IMG/VR virus record: IMGVR_UViG_3300046093_000295
DNA length: 64,000 bases
Strand: one strand, 5' to 3'
Origin: a virus
How positions within the stretch are numbered: the stretch's first letter is position 1; each line of letters opens with the position of its first letter. Positions 9,182 to 18,347 of the stretch are shown here, one piece after another. The notes below the pieces were generated by a model that had not been told where the DNA came from, ran no database searches, and was given only the letters and a program-made list of their open reading frames with translations. The position numbers and the translations under genes are program-made.

Positions 9182-10501
9182 ATGAGTAATTTTATAGAAG
9201 TTATTAAAGCGTGTGAAACTGCTTCTGGTTCAGGAACCAAAAAAGTGATTAAGGAAGCACTCGAAAAAGCTGACGAAATTGCAAAACAATTGATTTGTGC
9301 AGCTTTGGATCCCTATCAGGTATTCGGCGTTAAGAAGTTTGAGATGCCTTCAATTGCACAAGATGTCAAGATGTCTGATGTAAATTATTCAGACTTTTTT
9401 GAAGTGCTTAATAAGCTTGCAACGCGTCAAATTACTGGAGATGCGGCTCGAGCAGCAGTCACGCAATCTATTTCAAAATTTCCCGAACATGCGCAAGAAT
9501 ATATTGCGCGAATTTTTGACAAGGATTTGAAAGCAGGATTTTCTGCAGATACCGCTAATTCTGCATGGAAGCAGGAAATTATTCCAGTATTCGAAATTAT
9601 GCTTGCAGACAAGTGTGATAGCCCAGAAGAGTTCCTTGAGAAGGTAACGTACCCCGCCCATGGAGATTGGAAAATGGACGGTAACAGGTCCATCGCATTT
9701 GTTCGCCTCAATCAGCCTGTAGAATACCGTGCTCGTAGCGGAAAAATTTCTGAACACCTTGAAGGCATCTTTGATGAAGACATGAAGAAGATGCGTGATA
9801 ATGTCGGTTATGACTTTGTCCTTGACGGCGAAGCATTTGCTTCAGACTTCACTGAAACCATGAATTCCAAAAAAGCAGGTAATGATGTTGCAAAAGGCAA
9901 TTTGCGATTCCATGCTTTTTTCTTGATGCCTTTGAATGATTGGCTGGCCCAATCTACAAAGATTACCATGCGTCAAAATCGAATAGCTCTTTCAAAAATT
10001 ATTGACGAAGCAGGTTGCAAAAAGATTCTTATCACCAATGGGCGGGAAGTCAAAAGTTATGCAGATATGGTCGCGTACTGCAACGAAGTCATTGATGTTC
10101 ATGGTCAAGAGGGTTTAATCCTAAAGAACTGGGATGCTGTTTATCAGTGGGACCGATCTATGGATTGGTGCAAAATTAAGCGCTTTTATGATGTTGACGC
10201 GCGTATCGTTGCTTGGTATCAAGGCAAGCCTAAGTCGCGTCTCCAGGGCACTTGTGGTGGCATCACAGTCGAAGGTCGAGACGAGCATGGTCGTGAATTC
10301 CGCTGTAATGTCGGATCAGGTTTCAGCGATGAAGTTCGCGCTGATATCGCTGAGAATTTCGATTCAAAATATAAGCATCAAACTGCGGTGATTACCTATC
10401 AAGAAATGTCTAAGGCGAAAGACGCAAAGTTTTTCTCTCTGCGATTCCCAGTGTATAATCATGTTCGTGATGATAAATTTGTTGAACCAATTGGAGAATA
10501 A
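9182..10501 (+). CDS. ATP-dependent DNA ligase
   Basis: KMDG adenylation motif, LDGE, EGLILK, VGSGF, LRFP. Confidence 0.93.
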   Translation: MSNFIEVIKACETASGSGTKKVIKEALEKADEIAKQLICAALDPYQVFGVKKFEMPSIAQDVKMSDVNYSDFFEVLNKLATRQITGDAARAAVTQSISKFPEHAQEYIARIFDKDLKAGFSADTANSAWKQEIIPVFEIMLADKCDSPEEFLEKVTYPAHGDWKMDGNRSIAFVRLNQPVEYRARSGKISEHLEGIFDEDMKKMRDNVGYDFVLDGEAFASDFTETMNSKKAGNDVAKGNLRFHAFFLMPLNDWLAQSTKITMRQNRIALSKIIDEAGCKKILITNGREVKSYADMVAYCNEVIDVHGQEGLILKNWDAVYQWDRSMDWCKIKRFYDVDARIVAWYQGKPKSRLQGTCGGITVEGRDEHGREFRCNVGSGFSDEVRADIAENFDSKYKHQTAVITYQEMSKAKDAKFFSLRFPVYNHVRDDKFVEPIGE

Positions 10502-10502
10502 A

Positions 10503-10685
10503 ATGACAGATGAAATGGCTTTTACACTTTCTACAGTCTTTGGTATTTTTACTGCTGGATGGTGGGCAATGCAAATTGCAGAATATGATCCCGAAGTAAA
10601 GCCTGAATATCTTGCACAAATTGGCGTAGCCTGGCTAGTTGGTTTTGCAGTTGCACTTTCAGCAATGAAGATTGTTGCGTCATGA
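10503..10685 (+). CDS. small membrane protein
   Basis: Two hydrophobic segments; GGAG RBS. Confidence 0.55.
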   Translation: MTDEMAFTLSTVFGIFTAGWWAMQIAEYDPEVKPEYLAQIGVAWLVGFAVALSAMKIVAS

Positions 10686-10891
10686 CCCAAGAAACTTATC
10701 TCTTTGCCCAGGATACAATGACGCATCCGCAAATGCTTAAGACGCTAAAACGTCTTAAGCGCCATTCAAAGCTCGGCTTCTTTGTTGATGCCGAGCAAGT
10801 TGGAAACGGTGTAATGTGGCATGTAAAATTATTTGGGCCTAAAATCTATTGGAAACGAAAAATTACATGGGAAGCTCATAATGCAAAGTAG
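10682..10891 (+). CDS. hypothetical protein
   Basis: ORF with ATGA overlap. Confidence 0.55.
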   Translation: MTQETYLFAQDTMTHPQMLKTLKRLKRHSKLGFFVDAEQVGNGVMWHVKLFGPKIYWKRKITWEAHNAK

Positions 10892-11093
10892 GCGTGGATC
10901 AATTGTTGAGACATTAACCAATGTCATTGTCGGGCTAGTAGTTTCATTCATTGCGAATTTGGTTATTTTCCCATTACTGGGATGGGAAATTTCTACAAGC
11001 CAAAACATTCTGCTGGTTATTTTTTACACTGTAGTTTCAATAATCCGTTCTTATGCGTTGCGAAGAATTTTTAATAGGTATAAAACGCTATGA
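10881..11093 (+). CDS. small membrane protein
   Basis: Two TM helices; start reassigned to 10881. Confidence 0.65.
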   Translation: MQSRRGSIVETLTNVIVGLVVSFIANLVIFPLLGWEISTSQNILLVIFYTVVSIIRSYALRRIFNRYKTL

Positions 11094-11893
11094 CTTTATT
11101 GATTCGCGAACTAAGTGATATTCACCTAGAGTTCATTAAAGATCCTGAAGAGATTCGACGCGAGGCTGCAAGGATAATTCCTGCGCTTCCTACAGATCAT
11201 GAAACGGTCCTTATTATTGCTGGTGATATTGGGACGGCTAGACGTGCAAACTTATTGGCCGGATTTGTAGATAGCCTTTGTTCACGTTTTAAACATGTCA
11301 TTTATGTCTTGGGAAATCACGAACATTATGGCTTTGACATTTCGTTAACAGAAGGCATTTTAAAACTTAATTTGCCAAACAGCAATTTGACCATTGCAGG
11401 AAACACAGTAAAAACTGTGGTCATTGACGAAGTAACTTTTCATGCTGCCACTATGTGGACCGACTACAAAAAGTCCCCAGAAGAAATGAAGTCCGCAGCG
11501 GCTTTTCAGATGAATGATCATGCTTATATTTTTGATGGAAGTGGAGCTTTTACTCCGGACACAGCACAAAAAATGCACGCAAGTTGTAAGCGAAAATTGT
11601 CAACATTAATGAAGGGCAAAGACAATTCAAAGACCGTAATTGTCACTCATCACCTACCTACCTACAAAGCAGTCCATGCAAAATATGGTGATAGTCCATT
11701 AAATGGGGCATTCGCAAGCGACTTAGATGCTTTCATTTTAAAGCATCAGCCAGCTTATTGGTTTTTCGGTCATACACATGATGCTTATAATGGGACAATA
11801 GGGCGCACTCAACTAGTGTGTAACCCTGTCGGGTACCCTAATGAAAAATTTAAAAATAACGGCTTCCATCCATCAAACGTTTTCACAATTTAA
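11090..11893 (+). CDS. calcineurin-like metallophosphoesterase
   Basis: SDIH, GD, GNHE, THH, GHTH motifs. Confidence 0.9.
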   Translation: MTLLIRELSDIHLEFIKDPEEIRREAARIIPALPTDHETVLIIAGDIGTARRANLLAGFVDSLCSRFKHVIYVLGNHEHYGFDISLTEGILKLNLPNSNLTIAGNTVKTVVIDEVTFHAATMWTDYKKSPEEMKSAAAFQMNDHAYIFDGSGAFTPDTAQKMHASCKRKLSTLMKGKDNSKTVIVTHHLPTYKAVHAKYGDSPLNGAFASDLDAFILKHQPAYWFFGHTHDAYNGTIGRTQLVCNPVGYPNEKFKNNGFHPSNVFTI

Positions 11894-11906
11894 AAAGAGG
11901 AATAAG

Positions 11907-12158
11907 ATGCAAAATTTGTCCAATGTTACGCTTTACGTTGTTCGTACCTCAGCAGGTCGTTACTTTTCAGGGTATAATAAGACTGCATTCGCTGCTGAGT
12001 TTGTTGATGAACCTTTAAGTGCGAAGAAGTTTACAAATAAGCATGACATTAAGTTGCGACCTGATGAAATGCTTGTTGAAATTTCAGTGGACCTAATGAA
12101 ATGCCCAGAAGTTTCAATTTCTTCACCATTTCGACCTCAGCGAAAAATTAAACCCTGA
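11907..12158 (+). CDS. hypothetical protein
   Basis: ATG 11907 with GAGG RBS. Confidence 0.6.
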   Translation: MQNLSNVTLYVVRTSAGRYFSGYNKTAFAAEFVDEPLSAKKFTNKHDIKLRPDEMLVEISVDLMKCPEVSISSPFRPQRKIKP

Positions 12159-12175
12159 ACATTTAGGACCCAACG

Positions 12176-13333
12176 ATGTTTAACTTGACGATGATTTGGT
12201 TTATGCTAATTCCGCTGGCTTTGGCCGGTGGTTCTGCAATTTACTTTAAAAACCACGGATGGAAATATAGCGCAATTTCAGCATTGTCAATTCTAGTGAT
12301 TGGGTCTCTTATTACTATTGCTTCGTTTCTTATTTCATCTGGTGTCCAAACCAGTGATACTGAAATTTGGAATGGCAAAGTCCTTAATAAAGAACGCGTT
12401 CACGGTTCTTATCAGCGACCATATTCGTGTAATTGCCGACAGGTTTGTAGTGGGTCCGGGCAAAATCGTTCTTGTTCTGAGGCCTGTGACACCTGTTACG
12501 AGGATCGCTATACTGTAACTTGGAACTGTGACACCACAGTCGGCGACTATAAAATTGCAAAAGAGGATTGGGGCAATCGGCGTGTATACAATCTCCCAGA
12601 CCCAAAACGCTGGCTGGAAATTGAACCGGGACAACCAGTCGCAAAAGCGATGTCGTACACAAACTATGTTCAGGCTGTTCCTCAGACATTGTTTGCTCCC
12701 TCTCCTGCATCACTTACGGAAAAGTTTAAGGACTTGATTCCTACTTATCCAGATTCCACGTTTGATTTTTACAAAATTAATCGGTTTTTGACTCCAGGTG
12801 TTTCTGTTCCTGATGCAAGCAAGTGGAATGAAGACATCAGCGAAATGCTTAAAGACCGTGGCCCGTCAAAGCAAGTTAATGCGGTCGTTGTTGCTGTGAA
12901 GTCTAATGACCCAAATTATGAATACACGCTGCGCACAGCTTGGGACAATGCAAATAAAAATGATGTCGTTGTTGTCATGGGAACGTCAGAATGGCCAAAA
13001 ATTGATTGGGTAAGAATTATCACTTGGTCGAAAAGCGAGATCTTTAAAGTTGAATTGCGTGATACGATACAATCCCTAAATGTTGCGGATCGCGAAAAGG
13101 TTATTCCTGCGATCGCTTCGCAAATAGATAAAAACTTTGTTCGTCGTTCTATGAAGGAGTTCAAGTATTTAGAAAATGAAATTGATCCACCTTCTTGGGT
13201 GTTAATGGCGTTGGTCGTGTTACAATTGATGTCTGCTGGGTTGGTTATGTTCTTCGTGAATAGCGAAATTCGCAGTAGTTATGGCTACCGCAGCCGAGTT
13301 AGCAAATTTAGTATTTTTCGAACTCTTTGGTAA
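12176..13333 (+). CDS. membrane-anchored protein with Cys-rich loop
   Basis: TM helices at both ends; CNCRQVC...CDTC motif. Confidence 0.7.
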   Translation: MFNLTMIWFMLIPLALAGGSAIYFKNHGWKYSAISALSILVIGSLITIASFLISSGVQTSDTEIWNGKVLNKERVHGSYQRPYSCNCRQVCSGSGQNRSCSEACDTCYEDRYTVTWNCDTTVGDYKIAKEDWGNRRVYNLPDPKRWLEIEPGQPVAKAMSYTNYVQAVPQTLFAPSPASLTEKFKDLIPTYPDSTFDFYKINRFLTPGVSVPDASKWNEDISEMLKDRGPSKQVNAVVVAVKSNDPNYEYTLRTAWDNANKNDVVVVMGTSEWPKIDWVRIITWSKSEIFKVELRDTIQSLNVADREKVIPAIASQIDKNFVRRSMKEFKYLENEIDPPSWVLMALVVLQLMSAGLVMFFVNSEIRSSYGYRSRVSKFSIFRTLW

Positions 13334-13358
13334 ATGTTGACTTTTAAAGGAAAATGAA

Positions 13359-13928
13359 ATGAAAAAGCAAATTGGTGGAATGATTATTGTGCTGCTGGCT
13401 GTTTTAGTGTTTTTGGGAGGCCTAGCAGGCATTGCATTCGGCAGCTATGTTAGTGCAAACAACCACGGGGTAACGATTGAAGCCCAACTCAAAGCAAAGC
13501 GTGATGATAACCGAAACGTACTTGCTCAATATGGCCAAAAGATTGCCGAGATGGTTCAAGTTCCGGAGATGATGAAGAATGATTTGAAAGAAGTTGTTAC
13601 CGCTGCGATTGAAGGTCGCTATGGTGAAGGCGGTTCCAAAGCAACCATGCAGTGGATCCAAGAACAAAATCCGCAACTTGATAGCAAAGTTTATTTGCGG
13701 ATTCAACAGTCGATTGAAGCTGGTCGTGATGAATTTAAGAATAGCCAAACTGCGATGCTCGACATCAAGCGAAGTTATGAAACTTCCCTTGGGTATTTCT
13801 GGACAGGCACATGGTTGCGAATTGCTGGATTTCCCAAATTGAATCTGGATGAGTATAAGATTGTTTCAACCGCGCGAGCAGATAATGCGTTTGAAACAGG
13901 AAAAGAAGAGCCGATGAAACTTCGGTAA
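13359..13928 (+). CDS. LemA-like membrane-anchored coiled-coil protein
   Basis: N-terminal TM helix then helical bundle. Confidence 0.55.
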   Translation: MKKQIGGMIIVLLAVLVFLGGLAGIAFGSYVSANNHGVTIEAQLKAKRDDNRNVLAQYGQKIAEMVQVPEMMKNDLKEVVTAAIEGRYGEGGSKATMQWIQEQNPQLDSKVYLRIQQSIEAGRDEFKNSQTAMLDIKRSYETSLGYFWTGTWLRIAGFPKLNLDEYKIVSTARADNAFETGKEEPMKLR

Positions 13929-13974
13929 CTGGCTGCAAATAAGTTTACAACAATTTAATTAAAGTTTATAATGC

Positions 13975-14008
13975 AGTAACGGTATTTTCTGTTACTGCAT
14001 TTTTCTTA
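13975..14008 (+). terminator. intrinsic terminator
   Basis: GCAGTAAC...GTTACTGC stem followed by T-run. Confidence 0.6.
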
Positions 14009-14018
14009 GGGGACAAAA

Positions 14019-14210
14019 TTGATTTCATCAAATTTCACAATTAGCGGGAAAATTCCTTCTTTAGAAGAAGTAAAAATTATCTCTATCGCACTTGCAATAG
14101 ATGTTTGGAAAGCTGAATTAGCTTATGCACCAGATACAGGTTCATCTGTTAGGGATGCTCAGATTTCTGCTCTTGCGGCTAAATTTGAAAAACATATTTT
14201 AGGCGCATAA
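14019..14210 (+). CDS. hypothetical protein
   Basis: Short ORF between terminators. Confidence 0.45.
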   Translation: MISSNFTISGKIPSLEEVKIISIALAIDVWKAELAYAPDTGSSVRDAQISALAAKFEKHILGA

Positions 14211-14280
14211 TTCAAAAGCTCACTTTTAAGTGAGCTTTTATGACTTCCACAATAGGACAAATAGAAACCTAAGGAAATAA

Positions 14281-15024
14281 ATGACAAAGCAGTTTTTAAT
14301 GTTTACTCCAACAAATGATGCGCCGAAAGAAATGGCAATGACCAGGACTTTACAGGCAAAACAGTGGGCCAATTTACGTAATGCTCTTATCTCTGTTGGG
14401 GTAGATGTTATTGTGCCAAGTGTTCCTGTGCAGTCTTCTATTTGCGCTGATGCGGGAATCATTATCGGCGACACTTTTATTTCCAGTTCTGAATGCAACT
14501 TTTTAGAATGGGCAGAACCAAAATTTCGTTCGTTTGCAATTATTGGGAAAGAACACGCAGCCTTCTCTGGAAGAGACGTCATTATCGACGGGGATAATTT
14601 ATTCTTGGGATTTGGATACGAGACTTTGCTAGATGGCAAGTTTGCGTTGGATAAAATTTTAGAATCGACTGATTTATTAGTTCGCCCTCTTGAACTTGCA
14701 GATCCGGTGTTCTCAACGCTAGATACATGTTTATGCATACTTTCTGATGGTCACGCTCTTTATTTTCCTGCGGCATTTTCGAACCATTCGAAATATGTGC
14801 TTGAACAAATGTTCGATGATAAATTGATAGCTATTTCACGTGAAGATGCTCTAGGCTTAGTCTGCAATTCTATCTGTGTCGGCCAAAGTATTATAGGTTC
14901 TAAATTTTCTAAAGCGTTGTCAAGAAAGCTCAAAGAACTAGGGTATAATATCCTTACGCTTGATGTATCTGAATTTTTAAAATTTGGTGCATCATGTAAG
15001 GCATTAACTATTAGTTTGGATTAA
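14281..15024 (+). CDS. amidinotransferase/DDAH-fold protein with atypical active site
   Basis: F.GRD, xLDTC, A.GL.CN, D.SEFLK.G pattern of the pentein fold. Confidence 0.7.
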   Translation: MTKQFLMFTPTNDAPKEMAMTRTLQAKQWANLRNALISVGVDVIVPSVPVQSSICADAGIIIGDTFISSSECNFLEWAEPKFRSFAIIGKEHAAFSGRDVIIDGDNLFLGFGYETLLDGKFALDKILESTDLLVRPLELADPVFSTLDTCLCILSDGHALYFPAAFSNHSKYVLEQMFDDKLIAISREDALGLVCNSICVGQSIIGSKFSKALSRKLKELGYNILTLDVSEFLKFGASCKALTISLD

Positions 15025-15027
15025 AAG

Positions 15028-15747
15028 ATGAACATTCAAGACACCCCAGAATTTCATATTTCAACAGGCGAAATGCGAATGAAGGCTTCAAGCACTCGTG
15101 AGCTGTTTAATTACCCTATACAAAATGCGGTAAAAATGGGCCTGAAAATCTCAGACCAAACCGTTATGGTCAAGTGCAATGATGGTATCGAACATGAAGT
15201 TCCAGTGGTTGCCAGTTTAAATACAGTCGCGATTGGCAATCTAAAACGGGTGTCGATTGAGAAAGATAATAAGAAGGTTCTTGGTTATATGCTAAAGGGT
15301 TCCAGCCCTAAAGTGAAGTCAGCGATTTATTTTGCTGTTTCAGATTTTGACAATAGCGATGGCCTGAAGCGACTTAACAAAACGATTCTAGATATGCATT
15401 TGGAATACAAAAGTGGCATTGTTAAACAGATTCAAGAAGAATTGCGTTCGAATATGCCAGAAATTGCTAAGGACGCAATGGACCAACTTCCAAAGATTAT
15501 CAAAAATGCGGCTGATAAAAACCAAGCAGCGTTTGATTGGTTTAAAGATAATGGTTTTATTATGCTGGGGGTTACAGTTCAAAGTTTTACGCCATTTGTG
15601 AAACATTCGCTTGAAACTGGTTACGTAGTTTCTTCTTTTACTACATCGGCAGTAGACGATAAGTGGGGCCATACAAAAGGCGTCAGTGTTGAAATAGACT
15701 TTAGCACGAAGAAAATTAGCACTTCAATTTGGTCATCAGACGATTAA
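15028..15747 (+). CDS. hypothetical protein
   Basis: Long ORF. Confidence 0.7.
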   Translation: MNIQDTPEFHISTGEMRMKASSTRELFNYPIQNAVKMGLKISDQTVMVKCNDGIEHEVPVVASLNTVAIGNLKRVSIEKDNKKVLGYMLKGSSPKVKSAIYFAVSDFDNSDGLKRLNKTILDMHLEYKSGIVKQIQEELRSNMPEIAKDAMDQLPKIIKNAADKNQAAFDWFKDNGFIMLGVTVQSFTPFVKHSLETGYVVSSFTTSAVDDKWGHTKGVSVEIDFSTKKISTSIWSSDD

Positions 15748-15764
15748 AAATTTACTGAGAAATT

Positions 15765-16100
15765 ATGCGAACAGAAATAAAGATTGGCGGCATTCCGTAT
15801 AAGATTAAAACCGTTAAAGGCGAACTAGATGTTTGCCATGATGGCAGCGGTCAAAAATTGTGGGGACAGATAAGTTATTTGCAGCACTCGATTAGGGTTT
15901 TGAAGACTAGCCCCGAGCGCGAATTACGTCTAGTGCTTCATGAAGTTTTACATGGTATTATCAACGAGTACAATATTCGCGAGCTAATGAATGATGAAGG
16001 CGAGCATAAGGAATCCCCTATAGATCAACTTGCACTTGGGATTGCTGAAGTTCTTGAAAGCATTGGAATAAACGATTTGAAGCCAAAAAAGATTAGTTAA
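15765..16100 (+). CDS. HExxH-motif protein (possible metallopeptidase)
   Basis: LHEVLHG. Confidence 0.6.
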   Translation: MRTEIKIGGIPYKIKTVKGELDVCHDGSGQKLWGQISYLQHSIRVLKTSPERELRLVLHEVLHGIINEYNIRELMNDEGEHKESPIDQLALGIAEVLESIGINDLKPKKIS

Positions 16101-16120
16101 GCACATAAACCTAATAAGAA

Positions 16121-16147
16121 CGAAAGCGGACAAATGTCCGCTTTTTT
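16121..16147 (+). terminator. intrinsic terminator
   Basis: AAGCGGACA-AA-TGTCCGCTT followed by T-run. Confidence 0.65.
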
Positions 16148-16206
16148 GTTTTGTGCACTCGATAAATACCAAATGGAATTTAAAAAGTTCTTCACACTAA
16201 TAGTAA

Positions 16207-16491
16207 GTGTGTACGTTAAACAGTGAAGGATCAATCTTGCCCAACTACTCAGAACTTGAACTCAACTTATTGTTCATCTTTTATTGCCACTCAGATCAAT
16301 TTGGTAAAGTTGACACATTACTCGTTCGCGACTTCGTTCGAACAAATCTTGGGCTCATTCTGCCACATCGACAAATTTTTATTAATCAGACTCATATAGA
16401 CGCTCTTGTTGCAGCAAAGTTTGTTCCCGATGTTAAGTCAATTTTTAAAAAGGCTCTACAGACAAAACGTGTTCGCCGCCCAAAACAATAA
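16207..16491 (+). CDS. hypothetical protein (start uncertain)
   Basis: ORF downstream of GATAAATA at 16161. Confidence 0.45.
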   Translation: MCTLNSEGSILPNYSELELNLLFIFYCHSDQFGKVDTLLVRDFVRTNLGLILPHRQIFINQTHIDALVAAKFVPDVKSIFKKALQTKRVRRPKQ

Positions 16492-16571
16492 GTTTACATC
16501 TTCAGATAAACATGGTATAATAACATTGACTTGCTCAAGTCTTATTTTTAACCTTTTGGAGATCATAGTTT

Positions 16572-16877
16572 ATGTCTAATGTAGTTACTTTGAAGTTGGT
16601 GTCTGGTGAAGAAGTTGTTGCTACGCTTGTTTCTAAAATTTCTGCAACTCTTGACAGTAATGTTGCTGCGTATCGGGTTAGTAAACCACAAACATTACAA
16701 TTTCGCCCATTTGGAAATTCGGGGCAAATGGGGTTGGCATTTATGCCTTGGACGCTTTCAAACCCAACTTTGCGTGAAGTAGATATTCCAGCAACATTTG
16801 TCATGTGTGTTGTGGATACTGACGCTGAAGTCACTCGCCAGTATCTTGAACAAACTACCGGTATTGCGCTAGCATAA
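16572..16877 (+). CDS. Sm-like fold phage protein
   Basis: TLKLVSGEEVVA N-terminus typical of T4-like Sm-fold proteins; sigma70-type promoter upstream. Confidence 0.55.
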   Translation: MSNVVTLKLVSGEEVVATLVSKISATLDSNVAAYRVSKPQTLQFRPFGNSGQMGLAFMPWTLSNPTLREVDIPATFVMCVVDTDAEVTRQYLEQTTGIALA

Positions 16878-16892
16878 TTTTAGGGTTGACAG

Positions 16893-17312
16893 ATGCGAAA
16901 AGAAACGTGCTATGAAGTTTATGCTTGGTCATCTTTGCCAAGGCGCGAATACATTGAGCCACTTAAGCTTAGTACGTTTCTATCGCATTTAGTGGAAATG
17001 AGTTCAGAAGATCCTGAAATAACTTTTAGGGTCCTAAAAGACGAACACCGTCTTTGCGGAGGAGTTCCATTGTATTCATTCAGCACGGCAAATGTCGTCT
17101 CAATAGACCATATGCTTAACGTGCATGATTTTGTTTTCCGTGCAATAAATACTGCATTCCGGCACCTCAAAGTGCAATTCGAATTTCGACAGTTGAGTGA
17201 TCCTAGAGCACTTAAAACCGCTTTAAGAAGCAGACTAACTGGGGAAATTTCCGAGTCAAATGATGTAATTTGCATCTCTGGTGAATTCGAAAATTTATTT
17301 GAAGAATTATAA
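16893..17312 (+). CDS. hypothetical protein
   Basis: ORF. Confidence 0.6.
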   Translation: MRKETCYEVYAWSSLPRREYIEPLKLSTFLSHLVEMSSEDPEITFRVLKDEHRLCGGVPLYSFSTANVVSIDHMLNVHDFVFRAINTAFRHLKVQFEFRQLSDPRALKTALRSRLTGEISESNDVICISGEFENLFEEL

Positions 17313-17436
17313 AATTATTGAAGAGCATTTGCTGTGGGCACTATAAATAGATATTCACTGCATACGAAATTTTGCGTAATGCGCATTACGTTAAAACTTA
17401 GTTCGAAGGATTTTAAATTCTATGACTAAAGTTTTT

Positions 17437-17511
17437 GTCCCTATAGATTACTGGTTAGATCGATAGCCTTTCACGCTGCAGGACCTGGTTCGATTCCAGG
17501 TAGGGACGCCA
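17437..17511 (+). tRNA. tRNA-Glu(TTC)
   Basis: GTCCCTA/TAGGGAC acceptor, CTTTCAC loop, TTCGATT T-loop, encoded CCA. Confidence 0.85.
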
Positions 17512-17524
17512 ATTTTAAATTTGT

Positions 17525-17602
17525 TGCGGATTAGAGAAGCATGGTTATCTCACTTGGCTCATAATCAAGAGGTCGCTGGTTCGAATCCAGCATCCGCAAC
17601 CA
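17525..17602 (+). tRNA. tRNA-Met(CAT)
   Basis: TGCGGAT/ATCCGCA acceptor, CTCATAA loop, encoded CCA. Confidence 0.88.
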
Positions 17603-17610
17603 AAATTTAT

Positions 17611-17686
17611 TCTCTAGTAGCTCAGTCGGTAGAGCGCTTGACTGTTAATCAAGTTGTCCGTGGTTCGATCCCACGCTAGGGAGCCA
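17611..17686 (+). tRNA. tRNA-Asn(GTT)
   Basis: TCTCTAG/CTAGGGA acceptor, CTGTTAA loop, encoded CCA. Confidence 0.92.
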
Positions 17687-17692
17687 GTTATT

Positions 17693-17770
17693 GCTGCTTT
17701 GGCTCAGTTAGAAGAGTACGTGCCGTGTAAGCAATAGGTGCCGCCTGTTCGAGTCAGATAAGCGGCACCA
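17693..17770 (+). tRNA. degenerate tRNA-Thr(TGT)-like
   Basis: GCTGCTT/AAGCGGC acceptor and CCA intact, but G33, weak anticodon and T stems, no D-loop GG. Confidence 0.5.
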
Positions 17771-17777
17771 AAAAAAT

Positions 17778-17851
17778 GGATTTTTGCACGAGTGGTTAAG
17801 TTGGTTAAGGGAGCAGTTTGCTAAACTGTCGTTGGGAAACCGACGCACTGG
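17778..17851 (+). pseudogene. truncated tRNA-Ser(GCT)
   Basis: GCAGT-TTGCTAA-ACTGT arm and long variable arm present; T-loop and 3' acceptor absent. Confidence 0.65.
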
Positions 17852-17883
17852 CAGTTAAATCAAGACCTAAAATAAAAATTGAC

Positions 17884-18291
17884 ATGAAAACCCAAGAACT
17901 TTTTGAGGGCCCATATCATATGGACCAAGATGCGAGGCCCATTATCAAGATGGACAATTATCCATCTCTTGAAAATTTGCGTCGTATGAATGATTTTTTG
18001 GGAACCCTTGAAAAAGGTGGAACTGAATACCATTTTTGGCTAAATAAGGGTAAATTTTATGCCGAAGTTACTACTTCAGGCGTAGACGATATTGGCCAAC
18101 CTCGTCAATTAACTATAACTAAAGTGCGTTTTAATAACCGTTCAAACCTTCCAGTAGAAAATGAGCTGCAAGTTGAATCTGTTTATACTCACGCAAAGTT
18201 TCAAACCCAGGGATTAGCAATGGCGCTTTACGTAGTTTTGGCGCGATACGGATTTACTATTGTTTCAGATTTTACCCAATATTATATTTAA
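17884..18291 (+). pseudogene. GNAT-like paralogue, 5' part, interrupted by IS607
   Basis: Aligns with 23587-24192 up to TIVSDFTQ; remainder resumes at ~20177. Confidence 0.8.
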
Positions 18292-18347
18292 ATCTCAATT
18301 CCTATAAATAAAAGTATAAATATAATATATCTTATATAGGAAATCAA

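Noticed and set aside
17818-17883. N-terminal extension of ORF 17818
   Set aside because: Overlaps the tRNA-Ser remnant; the family leader starts at ATG 17884.
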